A DNA stretch of 38,119 nt from Octopus bimaculoides (GCF_001194135.2 NC_068995.1:19893620-19931738); one strand, 5' to 3'. Counted from the stretch's first letter, positions 1 through 11,519 are shown. Numbers and translations: made by a program. Notes: a model not told the origin generated them from the letters alone.

Positions 1-48
<48 letters not shown>

Positions 49-208
49 GTGATACGTCGATCTCTTTTCAGTTTCCGTCTACCAACTCCACTCACAAGGT
101 ATTGATTGGTCCGAAACTATAGTAGAAGACACTTGCCCAAGGTGCCACACAGTGGGGCTGAACCCTGTTAGGAAGCAAGGTCCTTACTATACAACCACGC
201 TTGCGCCT
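49..208 (-). mobile_element. tRNA-derived SINE family A (CORE-like, octopus OR-type?), 5' half
   Basis: Reverse complement reads AGGCGCAAGCGTGG...GGGTTCAGCCCCACTGTGTGGCACCTTGGGCAAGTGTCTTCTACTATAG, matching the copy at 1043. It runs into the (AC)n/(AT)n tract at 1-48. The family name is from memory. Confidence 0.85.
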
Positions 209-469
209 GTTAATAAACATGTTTTGGCTCACACACACAAGCATACACACACACACACACACACGTACACGCACATGCACGCACGCACACACACACAGCA
301 TAGGGTTATCAAAATACGTGAACGTATCTCAAAGTTGGTCACGAACATCAACGTATATTGGTGTGATTAATATACATAACGTATTAAAGTGTTATCATTG
401 TTCATGAATGTACCACAATGTTATAAGATATAACTATCTATAGGGGAGTATTGTAGTTCTATATGTGTG

Positions 470-710
470 TTGTGACTCTGTGTTTGTGTTTGGCCACCGC
501 CACCACTAGTCACCACCACCTCTTAACAACTGGTGTGGCTTTGTTTACGTCTCTGTAGCTAGAGGATCGGCAAAAGAGAAGAACTGAATAGGTGTCAGGT
601 TTAAAAATACAAAAATAATTACTGCGATCGATTTGTTCGATTACAACCCTTCAAAGAGGTGCTACAGCATGGCCGCAGTTCAATAGCAGAAACAAGTAAT
701 GAAAATAAAA
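470..710 (+). mobile_element. SINE family A, 3' half
   Basis: Aligns by eye with 1250-1486 (TTTACGTC...GGCAAAAGAG...CAGCATGGCCGCAGT...GAAACAAGTAA). Confidence 0.75.
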
Positions 711-1042
711 TGACATACTACAATATTAAAACACCGCTTTTTTTCCTCAGAGTGTATATGTGTACAAAGTGCTCGCTTATTTAAATAGCAATGTGTCTAC
801 GAATTGTTTTCCATTTGATCAGAATATCGAGCACTCAGTATAAAACAATCATGTAGTAAGCTACATGACAATCATGTAGCAGGCTACATGACACGTATAC
901 TTTGAAAGTATTCTTTTACAACAGTTAGAAATATCAGGACATATGTCATACGTACAATATTTTTAATTTGCCTTTTAATCAAAATTCCTGGTGCTAATAC
1001 AAAATAATTAAATGAATCCAAGTTTTTGAAAGTAAAATATCT

Positions 1043-1210
1043 AGGCGCAAGCGTGGCAGTATGGTAAGAAGCTTGTTTCCCAACCACATGGTTCCGGGTT
1101 CAGTCCCACTGCGTGGCACCTTGGGCACCATGGGCAAGTGTCTTCTACTCGGGCTGACCAAAGCCTTGTGAATAGATCTTGTAGACGGAGTTTGAAAGAA
1201 GCCCATCGTG

Positions 1211-1241
<31 letters not shown>

Positions 1242-1486
1242 ATTTTTGTGTCTTTGTTTATCCCTTCCACCATCGCTTGACAACTTATGTTGGTGTCTTT
1301 ACGTCTTGGTTAAGTGTCTTCTACTACAGCCTTATAGCCTCGGCCGACCAAAGAGACCGATAGAATAAGTACTAGACTAGCAAAGAATAATACTTGGGGT
1401 CGATTTGTTTGTCTTAAACCCCTTACGGTAGTGCTCCAGCATGGCTACAGTCAAATGACTGAAACAAGTAAAGGAATAAAAGAATA
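1043..1486 (+). mobile_element. SINE family A, full length, with internal (TG)n
   Basis: tRNA-like head (TGGCAGTATGGTAAG; GGTTCAGTCCC), CCTTGGGC..AAGTGTCTT core, internal (TG)n, 3' end AGTAAAGGAATAAAAGAAT. Confidence 0.9.
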
Positions 1487-1526
1487 GCTCCAAATATGAG
1501 TAAGAAACAGCGCTAGTATTGTAGAC

Positions 1527-1773
1527 ATTATCGACCACACGCAGTCTCATTCGGAAGCGATTGTTCAGGTACATGATGTTGATAAGCCACGAAAATGGTG
1601 AAACATCGATGTTCATCACTCCTGAATGGGATTTGGAGTGAGTTATCTCGCCTGTCTATGACTTTCATGTATTTTAGCACACAGGTCTTTAAGGAAATCA
1701 TCCCCACCGCGCTAAATCGCAGCCTAGCGGCAAACAAGCAGCGTTTGTGTATTCGGTTTGTGTGGTCGATAAT
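1527..1773. mobile_element. 247-bp unit bounded by 14-bp inverted repeats (MITE-like or structured-RNA unit) containing a hammerhead motif
   Basis: ATTATCGACCACAC (1527-1540) and GTGTGGTCGATAAT (1760-1773) are exact reverse complements. No clear TSD. Confidence 0.5.
1564..1626 (+). ncRNA. Type I hammerhead ribozyme motif, U3-A8 core variant
   Basis: Helix I UGAUG(1574-78)/CAUCA(1614-18) plus distal UUCAGG(1564-69)/CCUGAA(1621-26). Core UUGAUAA(1579-85). Helix II GCCA/UGGU with loop CGAAAA. GAAA at 1600-03. Helix III ACA/UGU with UCGA loop. Predicted site GUU, cleavage after 1613. Confidence 0.7.
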
Positions 1774-2093
1774 CTAATAGCTTAAAATATTAAATGAAAC
1801 AATATTCAAAGCGTAAAAAAAGAAAGAAATTGAAAGGTTACTCTCTGAGTTGATTTTCTAATATAGAAGACTTACAAACCGCTCTATATCTGTGTGCGAG
1901 AGAGAGAGAGAGAAAGAGAGAGGGCATACTCCCTATCTGCCTTCTCCTCCTTTGCCTCCATCATTTTCTTTGTGTATGCGTGCGCGTGAGTGTGTAGCAT
2001 TTATTAACTCATCGGCTGCCATCAACCAGATTGAATGAAGTCTTCCTGCTCTGTTTATGTTAAAATTGTAACTCTTTTTACTCGCCTGTCTGT

Positions 2094-2096
2094 CTG

Positions 2097-2194
<98 letters not shown>

Positions 2195-2312
2195 NNNNNN
2201 NNNNNNNNNNNNNNNNNNNNNNNNNNNNNNNNNNNNNNNNNNNNNNNNNNNNNNNNNNNNNNNNNNNNNNNNNNNNNNNNNNNNNNNNNNNNNNNNNNNN
2301 NNNNNNNNNNNN

Positions 2313-2392
<80 letters not shown>
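2094..2392. repeat. Compound (CT)n(CA)n / (GA)n(GT)n microsatellite around an N-gap (2195-2312)
   Basis: Direct reading. Confidence 0.95.
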
Positions 2393-2394
<2 letters not shown>

Positions 2395-2834
2395 ATTGGT
2401 TATATTATGAAACAGAATTAATATATTTATCAGTTTGTATAACTCGAAGTAGCGTATTCTGAACATCTTAATCATTAACTTTTATCTAAACGAAAGAATA
2501 ATGTACATACAAATTTGAGATATATATATAAATTTACACATATACATATTTCATTTCGTTGAGTGCAATATCCATTGTTTCAATTTATGATAAAACAGTT
2601 ATTCGTTTCGCTTCTCATTACGAATTTTGTACTGACCCTACTAATGGTCGAGTCAGAACGCAACAGGGTTCATAAAGAATTCTTTTTTCTGTGCTCTCGT
2701 GGAGAGTATGAATTGAAGTAAAACATTGTTTGAATCTCGTTGGTTGAATCTACTGCTAGATGTTTTGTTGAATGTCTCGTAATATAGTTCGTACGTCTTC
2801 CTAGTATAATGGAATATGAACACACACACACACA

Positions 2835-2880
<46 letters not shown>

Positions 2881-2973
2881 TACTCACACACATACACATA
2901 CGTATATTATTCAAATACGAAGACGAAGAAAGATTTTAGTACATCTTCAATGAGCAGTTACAATTGATTCTGT

Positions 2974-3090
2974 AGAAGAAGAAGAAGAAGAAGAAGAAGA
3001 AGAAGAAGAAGAAGAAGAAGAAGAAGAAGAAGAAGAAGAAGAAGAAGAAGGAGGAGGAGGAGGAGGAGGAGGAGGAGGAGGGAGGAGGAG
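2974..3090. repeat. (GAA)n(GGA)n microsatellite
   Basis: Direct reading. Confidence 0.95.
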
Positions 3091-4375
3091 AAAACTTAGA
3101 TATACATATATGTATACACATATCTATAATATGCGTATATATATGTTTACGTGTCTCTCTCTCTCCTTCTCTCTTTCTCTCTCTCCCCTTCTATCTCTAT
3201 ATACACACTCTCACACGCACACATACATACATATGTATATATACTTATGTCCTCCAAGTATTTTAGCACCAGGCGAATTCATGAGAATATATTTATATAT
3301 TCTCTTACGCCCACAATCGCAGCCTGCCCAAGAACTGACAAAACATGTCTTGTGTATGTGTGTTCAATTATGTTTATATATACATATGTGTGTGTGAGCG
3401 CATGTGTGTGTACGCACACTTATATTTACAAACACAAGACAGACACATGCACACTCAGGGATACATACATATACGCGGACACATACATAACCATACTCAC
3501 AAACATGCTCACATATTCCAAGCGTAGCGATGACCTTGTGAATGCTTGGAGTCTGTATGTATCCATGCTGAGGTAAGCAGTATGTCGTTCCAGAAGAAAT
3601 AATCTTACTCGAAGTACTGCACGTGACACATTGTTTTATTGTAACCTAACTTGACTTCATAACAAGGTTGTTCGTAGAAAGAAAACACTTCTAACCATAC
3701 GATAAAACGCATATTGACAAGAATCCTTCCTTAACTTGATTATTTTGGACATTTCTCCAGGAATATTTCAATTATCAGTACTACTAACGTAGAAAGAAAG
3801 TCACCTTACTCCCACGCGTGTTGCGATTATCTTTTAACAACAAAGCAACACATGTGTCTTTGAGATAGAGAACCTCGTTAGAAGCAATCATGTAAGAGAT
3901 GACGTGATCCAACGTAAAAAAGAAATTTACATGAGAAAGATTGTGACGATTTGTGAAGTTTCTTGTGTTTATGTCAAGTAAAAAGATATCGGAACACATG
4001 GTTACATGTCGTTATGAAAATTATTGTACAAGGCGTCCATTCCCGATTTTCTTAAACATCGTTTCAACAAAAACAGGTGTGTCATGACAATTAGAAAGAA
4101 GATGTTAAGAACGACAAGTGTAAGATAAATAGATGTATGTAGAATATAGAATAGAACATAGATGAATAGGGAGAAAGAAAGCGGAGAAAAACTGGGAGTT
4201 GGGAAATAAGAATATTCCTTGTCTTTCGAGCTTTCCTTTAGAAGCTTTTTTTTTTCTTCTGCCATTTCCTCCCATATTTTATTGTTACATCCATTTTATT
4301 TTTATTCGCCATTTAAATTTTTTCTTTCTTTTTTCGTTATTCTGCTGTTGATGTTGATGTTTTTGCTGTCGTCAA

Positions 4376-4376
4376 T

Positions 4377-4409
<33 letters not shown>

Positions 4410-4440
4410 GCTGCTGTTGTTGTTCTTCTTGTTGTTGTTG
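4376..4440. repeat. (GTT)n microsatellite
   Basis: Direct reading. Confidence 0.9.
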
Positions 4441-4653
4441 TCACTTGCTATCTTTCTTTTTAAAGACTAAAAAGGAAACCATTTCTTTAAATGAACGCAG
4501 TTAATTTTCATGTCGCTCCTTCAAGCGAATACAATTTCTTTTTATGTTTTTCCCTCCTTTACGTTATATGCTATTTTCTTTGAGCCCAAACTACCCAATA
4601 GGATTCAGTGCATTTCGACAAGATTCATTCGTTTTAATGCTCTCATTCCCCCC

Positions 4654-4692
<39 letters not shown>

Positions 4693-5064
4693 CCTCCTTT
4701 TCCCTCCCTCTCTCCCTCTCACTCTGTATATGTATATATATATATATAATTTTTTATAATTATTTTGATTTCTTGAAATTGGTCTTGCTCTTATTCTCCT
4801 GGCTTTTCTCATAACGTGATGCTGTTGAAGTCATTGTTCTCGTTATCTCAAGGATCCTGAATTTGTAAGGATTGTGGGATTGCAGTACTTAATTTTCATC
4901 AGTATTTAATAGCATCTCGGTACGTTGTCATTTTAAATATTACGAGCGTGGACTCTAGGTTTGGTTCTTCCAAAGCTGACCAAAGTAAAAATCAATACTT
5001 TACCAACGCCGAAGTGTGGAGAAGTGGTAGACAGTTTAAAGTATTGAATAAAATAGCTGTGTAT

Positions 5065-5200
5065 TGGCAGAGTCGTTGGAGCGTCGGATAAAATACCTCG
5101 GAGTATTTACTTGCTTGGCTTCACATTCTTAATTCAAATCTCACTGAGACCGACTTTGTTTTCCATCCTTTCGGAATCGATGAAATAAATACCATTTCAG
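5065..5200 (+). mobile_element. SINE family B (Deu/Nin-domain-like), diverged
   Basis: TGGCAGAGTCGTTGG...TTCAAATCTC..GAGACCGACTTTG..TTCCATCCTTTCGGAATCGATGAAATAA resembles the copy at 25464. Confidence 0.7.
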
Positions 5201-5869
5201 TGCCTGTCTTCGTAAAAAATCATACCCTGAATTCATGGCCTCGTGTTTAATTTTAAATTGAGTCTTACTCTAAAGCAGTGATTCGCAAAGTGGGATACAC
5301 AGTTATCTTTTTTTTTTTTTTTTTTCTAATATGACTTGGAATTGTGAAAATTGTTCTTTACAGCAAACATACCATACCTATACTCAAACCGGCCAAACCA
5401 ATTCCTCCAACCAAACATTCCGTATGAAGACTGTTTGCTACAGTATAACGCGGTTCTAATACTCTAGAGTGGATATTTCTTTAAGAAAAGTATATAATTA
5501 TGAAATATTAAGAATAAAGTTGCTTTACCCAACCATCGGTGGGGCAAACATTTTTCTGGAAACTCATTGTGGGGCCTGGGGAAAATAGCTTATGAAACAC
5601 TGCATTATATCCAGGGCTATAGCTGGCACAATCAATGGTGTGACTGACAAATTGCTGGACATTATATATATAAAACATTCTGAAGACGAGCATTCCTGTT
5701 CATCCTTCTCAGATCACTCAAAGAAAGTACCATTAAAACACTCGATCAGATCGAGGCCTTTCCACAAAAGAAATAGTGATTCCGGATAAAGCGGGATTTA
5801 ATTCCTTCGTTTTCTTTCCACTGTTCAAACATCTATAAGCTCTAAGACTGATAAGGATGTAACTTAATC

Positions 5870-6055
5870 CAGTTTTCAAGACGTAGAACTGAGATCACGT
5901 TACTTCTCACATGAACGGGACGCCGTTCCGTCACATGGCTAACTTCCCAGATATTGCTGGAATTCATTTGCAGCTGAGTAGACTGGGGCAATTTACACCA
6001 TGATCTTACGATCCTGTGTACAAAACCCTAACCACTACGCCACGTGGCTTCACGT
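5870..6055 (-). mobile_element. SINE family C, diverged
   Basis: Reverse complement GTGGCGTAGTGGTTAGGG...GATCGTAAGAT...CCAGTCTACTCAGCTG...GGCGTCCCGT matches 31894-32140. Confidence 0.7.
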
Positions 6056-6878
6056 CCCAGCATACTCTTGTAATTAATTCCTCTCCGGAATGTTAGACAT
6101 AAGAACCTGTGAAATATTTTTCTTGCCATATTTCTACTACTGGTGTCAATTCACAACAGCTCAAAATTAAATTTAGGTGTATAGATCTCTTTGTTTGAGT
6201 AATGGGCAAAATGTGTTGAAATATTCGGTTACGTTTTTTTTACATATTCCGCTGAAATCCGTGTCAAGATTATATTGCCTTTCATTTTTTCTGGAGAGCA
6301 AATCAACAAAGTATGGACACAACCCTCCATTGAGACCAAAAGCAATACAAAATTGAAATGCAAACAACCATTAGAACCTTGAGGAAGAAGGAAATGAAGG
6401 TCAGAATTTGACCTCAAAACCTGTGTTGATACAGATATGGTCTTATCTGCCAATTAGTTAACACAGGCACTATTAATTATTCAGTTCTTTATTACCTTCT
6501 TTTCTTATCTGTATTACTAATTAGTTATCAGTAAGACTGATAAATAGAAATAGAATAAATAAGATGAATAATTAATTATGCGTAAATTCACTAATTAGTC
6601 AATGTGACTCTAACAAAATGCTGCCATTGTGAGTCCATTTCATTATTTTGGGATCGTCAAACTGAAATGAGATTCAAAGTGTTGATAGCATTAGATTATC
6701 TGGATATATATATATACAGAGAGAGGGGGGAATGAGTAAGAAAAGGAGGGAGAGGAATATGTATCGACAGAAATAGGAAAGCTCGAGATAAAGCGAAATA
6801 GACAGAATGTAAGAGACAGGCAGAGACTGAGAGATAGGCAATGAGTCTGTAACAGAGATAGAAAGAGAGAGATAAAGT

Positions 6879-6926
<48 letters not shown>

Positions 6927-7054
6927 TAGACAGATACAGGAGGAGAGAGGAATGCACAGAGAAAAACGGAGAGGAAAAGAAACATAAAAAGAGGGCGAGG
7001 GGAGACGGTGAAGAATGTGAGAGATATAGAAACGCAGGAAGAATACCACTGAAT

Positions 7055-7278
7055 AATAACTCTTTCTGCTATAGGTACAAGGCCTGAAATTTTGGGGGTC
7101 AGGAGTCAAATCGATTACTTCGACCTTTGTACTTTCCTGGTGCATATTTCATCGACTCTAAAAGGATGAACGTTAAAATCGACCTCTGTGGAATTCGAAC
7201 TCCGAATGTGAAGACGGACGAAATGGCCCGAGGCATTTTGTTCGGCGTGCTAACGATTCTACCTGGTAGCCGTCTTGC
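7055..7278 (-). mobile_element. SINE family B
   Basis: Reverse complement matches 25464-25690 along its length. Confidence 0.85.
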
Positions 7279-7907
7279 TTGCCTAAATAATGCCTTCATA
7301 TTGTTATTTTGCCCCACGTTCAGGCCATAACCCATCCCATCTTATTTTCAGATAATTCATGTAATTCATCATGGACTACATTATAAAATGTTATCCTTTA
7401 TTTTGTGGTGGGACTGCATTTTAGGGGAAATTGTCTCCTACTTCCGACAGATCGAGTACCATGTAAATGCAGCTAAATGCAGGGAACTGTTGAAAGATAA
7501 GCACCGTCGTTTCAACGAACGCAGCGCTGCCTTGTTAATAAGATTTGAAACACTGGTCTTTTAGTTTACTGGCCCCAACCAGATCCTATCACTTCAGTTA
7601 AACAGTAACACTGTGCTAAATGAAAGAATATATAATTTACCTAGAAATTAATTGTGGATCAAAGAGCATTCGATTTTACTGCAAACAGAAGCCAGAATAA
7701 TATCGATTTCTTAGACTGATACGCAGCAACATTATTGATTTGACAGCTACATTCAATGAGTTGCCCAACAAATGAGAATGTACCATCAGTAGTTCGTAAT
7801 TTCAATAAGGGTAACGGTCATTTGAGGTGCGTCATTTGACTAAAAAGGTTAAGAAGTAAATGCCTGGACACATGGGAAATTTACGGAAAATATAATATTT
7901 ATTACAA

Positions 7908-8181
7908 AATTCTTTTATTCTTATACTTGTTTCAGTCATTAGACCGCTGCTATGCTGGGGCGCTACCTTGAAGAATTTTGGTCGAATGAATCGATCCTAT
8001 TACATTTTTCTTCAAGTCTGGTACTTATACTATCGATATCTTTTGCTGAACCGCTAACTTACTGGGGCGTAAACACAACAAAACCGGTTGTCAAGCGGTG
8101 ATGGGGAGGGACAAACACAGATGCACACACACAAGCGCACACACACAAGCGCACACACACATACACACACACATATATATA

Positions 8182-8224
<43 letters not shown>

Positions 8225-8372
8225 AAGGGCTTCTTTCAGTTTCCGTCTACTAAATCCACTCATAAAACTTTAGCTGATCCGGGGCTTATAGTAAAAGACT
8301 TTTGTCCAAGGTGCCACGCAGTGGGACTGAACCCGGAACCATGTAGTTGGAAAGCAAGCATCTTACCACACA
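7908..8372 (-). mobile_element. SINE family A, near full length
   Basis: Reverse complement matches 1043-1486, including the internal microsatellite. Confidence 0.88.
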
Positions 8373-8384
8373 AAATTACATTGG

Positions 8385-9325
8385 GTCAATACGACTGAAA
8401 TATCCTTAATGACGGCGACGTAAACAAACCAACACGAGATTGATAGTGTTGAGAAAAAGGACAAACCGAAGCAGACACGCGCGCACGCGAGCACGCACGC
8501 ACACACACACACACACTCACACACACACACAAGCATACACAGCTTTCCAGACGGTTTTTATCTCTGCTATATTCACTCACATGGAATTGGTTGATCGGAG
8601 GCTTTAGGAGAAGACAGTTGACCAGGAAGCCGCGCAGTGATACTGAACGCAAAACTACGTGATTCTTTCCTACTCTAGGTACAAGGCCCGAAATTTTTCG
8701 GGGAGGGATGGGGCGGACGATTTGATCGATCCAGTACGCAACTGGTACTTAATTTATTGACCCCGAAAGGATAAAAAGCCAAGTCGACCTCAGCGGAATT
8801 TGAACTCAGAACGAAAAAANNNNNNNNNNAGCCGCGCAGTGATACTGAACGCAAAACTACGTGATTCTTTCCTACTCTAGGTACAAGGCCCGAAATTTTT
8901 CGGGGAGGGGTGGGGCGGACGATTTGATCGATCCAGTACGCAACTGGTACTTAATTTATTGACCCCGAAAGGATAAAAAGCCAAGTCGACCTCAGCGGAA
9001 TTTGAACTCAGAACGAAAAAACAGACGAAATACGGCAAAGCATTGCGCCCGGCATGCTAACGTTTCTGCCAGCTCGCCGTCTTAATATTCTTTCGTATTC
9101 TAGGCACAAGAGCTGAAATTTTGGGAGAGAGAGAGCCAGTTGATTAGTCGACTCCAGTACACAACTGGTACTTAATTTATCGACCCTGAAATGCAGAATC
9201 GACCTCGGCGGAATTTGAACTCAGAACGTAAAGACAGACGAAATTGCACTAAGCATTTCGTCCTGCCAGCCTGCCACGTCTCGAAACTACGTGATTGTAA
9301 AGCAAGTTTCTTACCCACTCACACT
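8385..9325 (-). mobile_element. SINE family A interrupted by a family B insertion
   Basis: Body at 8385-8664; the head resumes at 9284-9325 (GTGATTGTAAAAGCAAGTTTCTTACC). TSD AAACTACGTGATT at 8652-8664 and 9284-9296. Confidence 0.75.
8863..9280 (-). mobile_element. Two head-to-tail SINE family B copies (8863-9083, 9087-9280)
   Basis: Both contain GTCGACCTC.GCGGAATTTGAACTCAGAACG and the ACTGGTACTTAATTTAT.GACCC motif. A partial duplicate of the first copy lies at 8661-8819. Confidence 0.88.
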
Positions 9326-9514
9326 TCCTCCTGAGTGTATAAACTGATATAAATATATCTCCACATACTGATTTATATGTGATTCAGAGTGCGTTTGTGA
9401 ATCATGTATGTATATGCTAGTGAGAGTATTTATGTGTATTTGGTGTGTCTGTACGTATATGAGCGTACACACATACGTTCATACTTACATATACATCTAT
9501 ATGCATAGAGCCAT

Positions 9515-9637
9515 GCATTACTTCCCAGCGACATAGTTCCGAGTTCAATCCCTACCTTGGGCAAGTGTCTTCAAACAATAGCTTTTTAAGAAAATTTGGT
9601 TGACGGAGACTGAAGCCCGTCGTAAGTGTGTGTGTGT

Positions 9638-9682
<45 letters not shown>

Positions 9683-9888
9683 TGTTTGAGGATATTCCCC
9701 ACTACCGCTTGACAACCGGTGCTGTTGTGTCTTCATCCCCGTAACTTAATGATTCGGCAAAAGAGACCGATAAAATAAGAATCAGGCTTTAAACAAAAGT
9801 AAATCCTAGGAATAACTCCGACTGAACATTCTTCGAGGTGTCGCCCCAGCCTGGCCGCAGTCAAATAACTGAAACAAGTAAAAGATAG
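9515..9888 (+). mobile_element. SINE family A, 5'-eroded
   Basis: CCTTGGGCAAGTGTCTT...GAAGCCCGTCG(TG)n...GGCAAAAGAGACCGA...GAAACAAGTAAAAG. Confidence 0.85.
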
Positions 9889-10292
9889 GAGATATATATA
9901 CACATATTCATTCCCATGGCACAATACTTAAAATATATAAATGCGCTACTTAACTTCCATGGAGCGGCAGTTATATGTACTCTAGATATGACCAACTTTG
10001 CTTGCCATCTAATTCGTCACAAACAAAAGTAAGCATTACGTTGGTATAATTATTGTATAAACATTAATATATCTCTACCAGATGTATTGAGTTCTCAGCA
10101 TAAAATGATAGTCAAGAAAACCATTTGATTAAACTTATCGCTTCATATATTCTCTTTCTCGCTTTCTATCTCTCTCTCTCCCTCCCTCTCTCTTTGCATT
10201 CATTTTCTTTCGTGCCTCGAATTCGCCACTCTTTACATTGTTACTATTTTCATATTACTATTTCTATTTTCTCTCTTTCTGTGTCTTTATCT

Positions 10293-10368
<76 letters not shown>

Positions 10369-10480
10369 ATTACAGTTTTCTTCCCTCTCACTCTTGTCTT
10401 CTGTTCCATTCTTCTTTTAGACGCTTCGCTGCTCATCTACAGCTACAGAACATAACCTCTCTCCTCAACCAACTACTTCA

Positions 10481-10590
10481 GCCACCATCACCACCTTCAC
10501 CGCCACCAACATCTTCAGCATCAACACCACCACCACCACCACAACAACAACAACAACAACAATAATAATGACTACAACTACAGTAGCAAC
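10481..10590. repeat. (CCA)/(CAA)/(TAA) low-complexity tract
   Basis: Direct reading. Confidence 0.85.
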
Positions 10591-10742
10591 AACAACCACT
10601 GGCTCCACACCGCCTTCGCTTTCTCTTTGATCCACTTACAAAGCTAGTAAGCGTTCGTTCTACATTATCACCCTATGACAGCTTGGCCAGTATTTTGACA
10701 GAAGCAATATCGTCGCCTGACATTTCATTTTGTTTGTGGCTT

Positions 10743-10790
10743 TATAAACTGACAGAGCTTCCGGTTCTGGTCAGTTGGCCATTTTGACGG
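10743..10790 (+). promoter_or_regulatory. Candidate Pol II core promoter (TATA + Inr)
   Basis: TATAAA at 10743-48 starts 30 nt before the A (10773) of TCAGTT. ETS-like CTTCCGG at 10758-64 and YY1-like GCCATTTTG at 10778-86. Motif evidence only. Confidence 0.35.
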
Positions 10791-10899
10791 CAAATCTCTG
10801 AACAGGATCGACATTAAAACCAAGGCTACGGTGATGGCGTTCCTTGATTGGTGGTTTAGATTAGACAATGCGCAGAGGTGGAAAGGATAGCTTTTTGGG

Positions 10900-11075
10900 T
10901 GGGTCGGTGGTGGTGGTTGTGATGGTGGTGATGGTGGTGGCGATGGTAGTGGTGGTGGTATTGGTGGTAGTATTGGTAGAGGTGGTGCTGGTACTGCTAC
11001 TGATGGTGGTGGCACTGGTGGTGATAGTGGTGAAGCTGGTGGCGGTGGTGATGATGAATGGTAGCTCGTGGTGGT
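10900..11075. repeat. (GGT)n-rich degenerate tract
   Basis: Direct reading. Confidence 0.85.
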
Positions 11076-11519
11076 GAATAGTTAGTGGGTAGAGATGAAT
11101 CGAAGTATGAAGTGTGATGGTGGTAATAAGAGTGGTGTTGGGTGCGATATGTGGGTTAGATGTTGATAGTGGGGTTGGGGTCGATGAATGGTAGTGGCTG
11201 AAGAGGTGGTAGTGTGAGGTTCCTGTGATTTAGTGGCGTGTGTATGTAGGGGTGTTATAGTGGCAGTCTTGGTGGTAGTTTCAGCTGGCTGTGGGGGGTG
11301 TAAATTGTTAATAATTGAGTGCTTGTATGTATGTGTCTGTATGTGAGTATGTGGCGGAAAAGGGAAAAAAAGAGACGTGATTATTAAAGAAGACAATGAA
11401 CAGGGGTGGCTGGGTGGATGACAGTTCTGGTTGAGAGATAGGAGGAAGAGGACGTGGAAAGAGAAAAATGAATATTGAGGAGTATGGTGGTAACGAGTAA
11501 AACTCAGGGGAGAATGGAA

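Noticed and set aside
3523-3572. Possible exon ending in GAG|GTAAGC (DDLVNAWSLYVSML)
   Set aside because: Weak acceptor, no recognisable protein and no partner exons.
10756-10890. Open frame SFRFWSVGHFDGK...KTKATVMAFLDWWF with a faint scramblase-like look
   Set aside because: The similarity is too slight and there is no supporting exon structure; a promoter or UTR reading fits as well.
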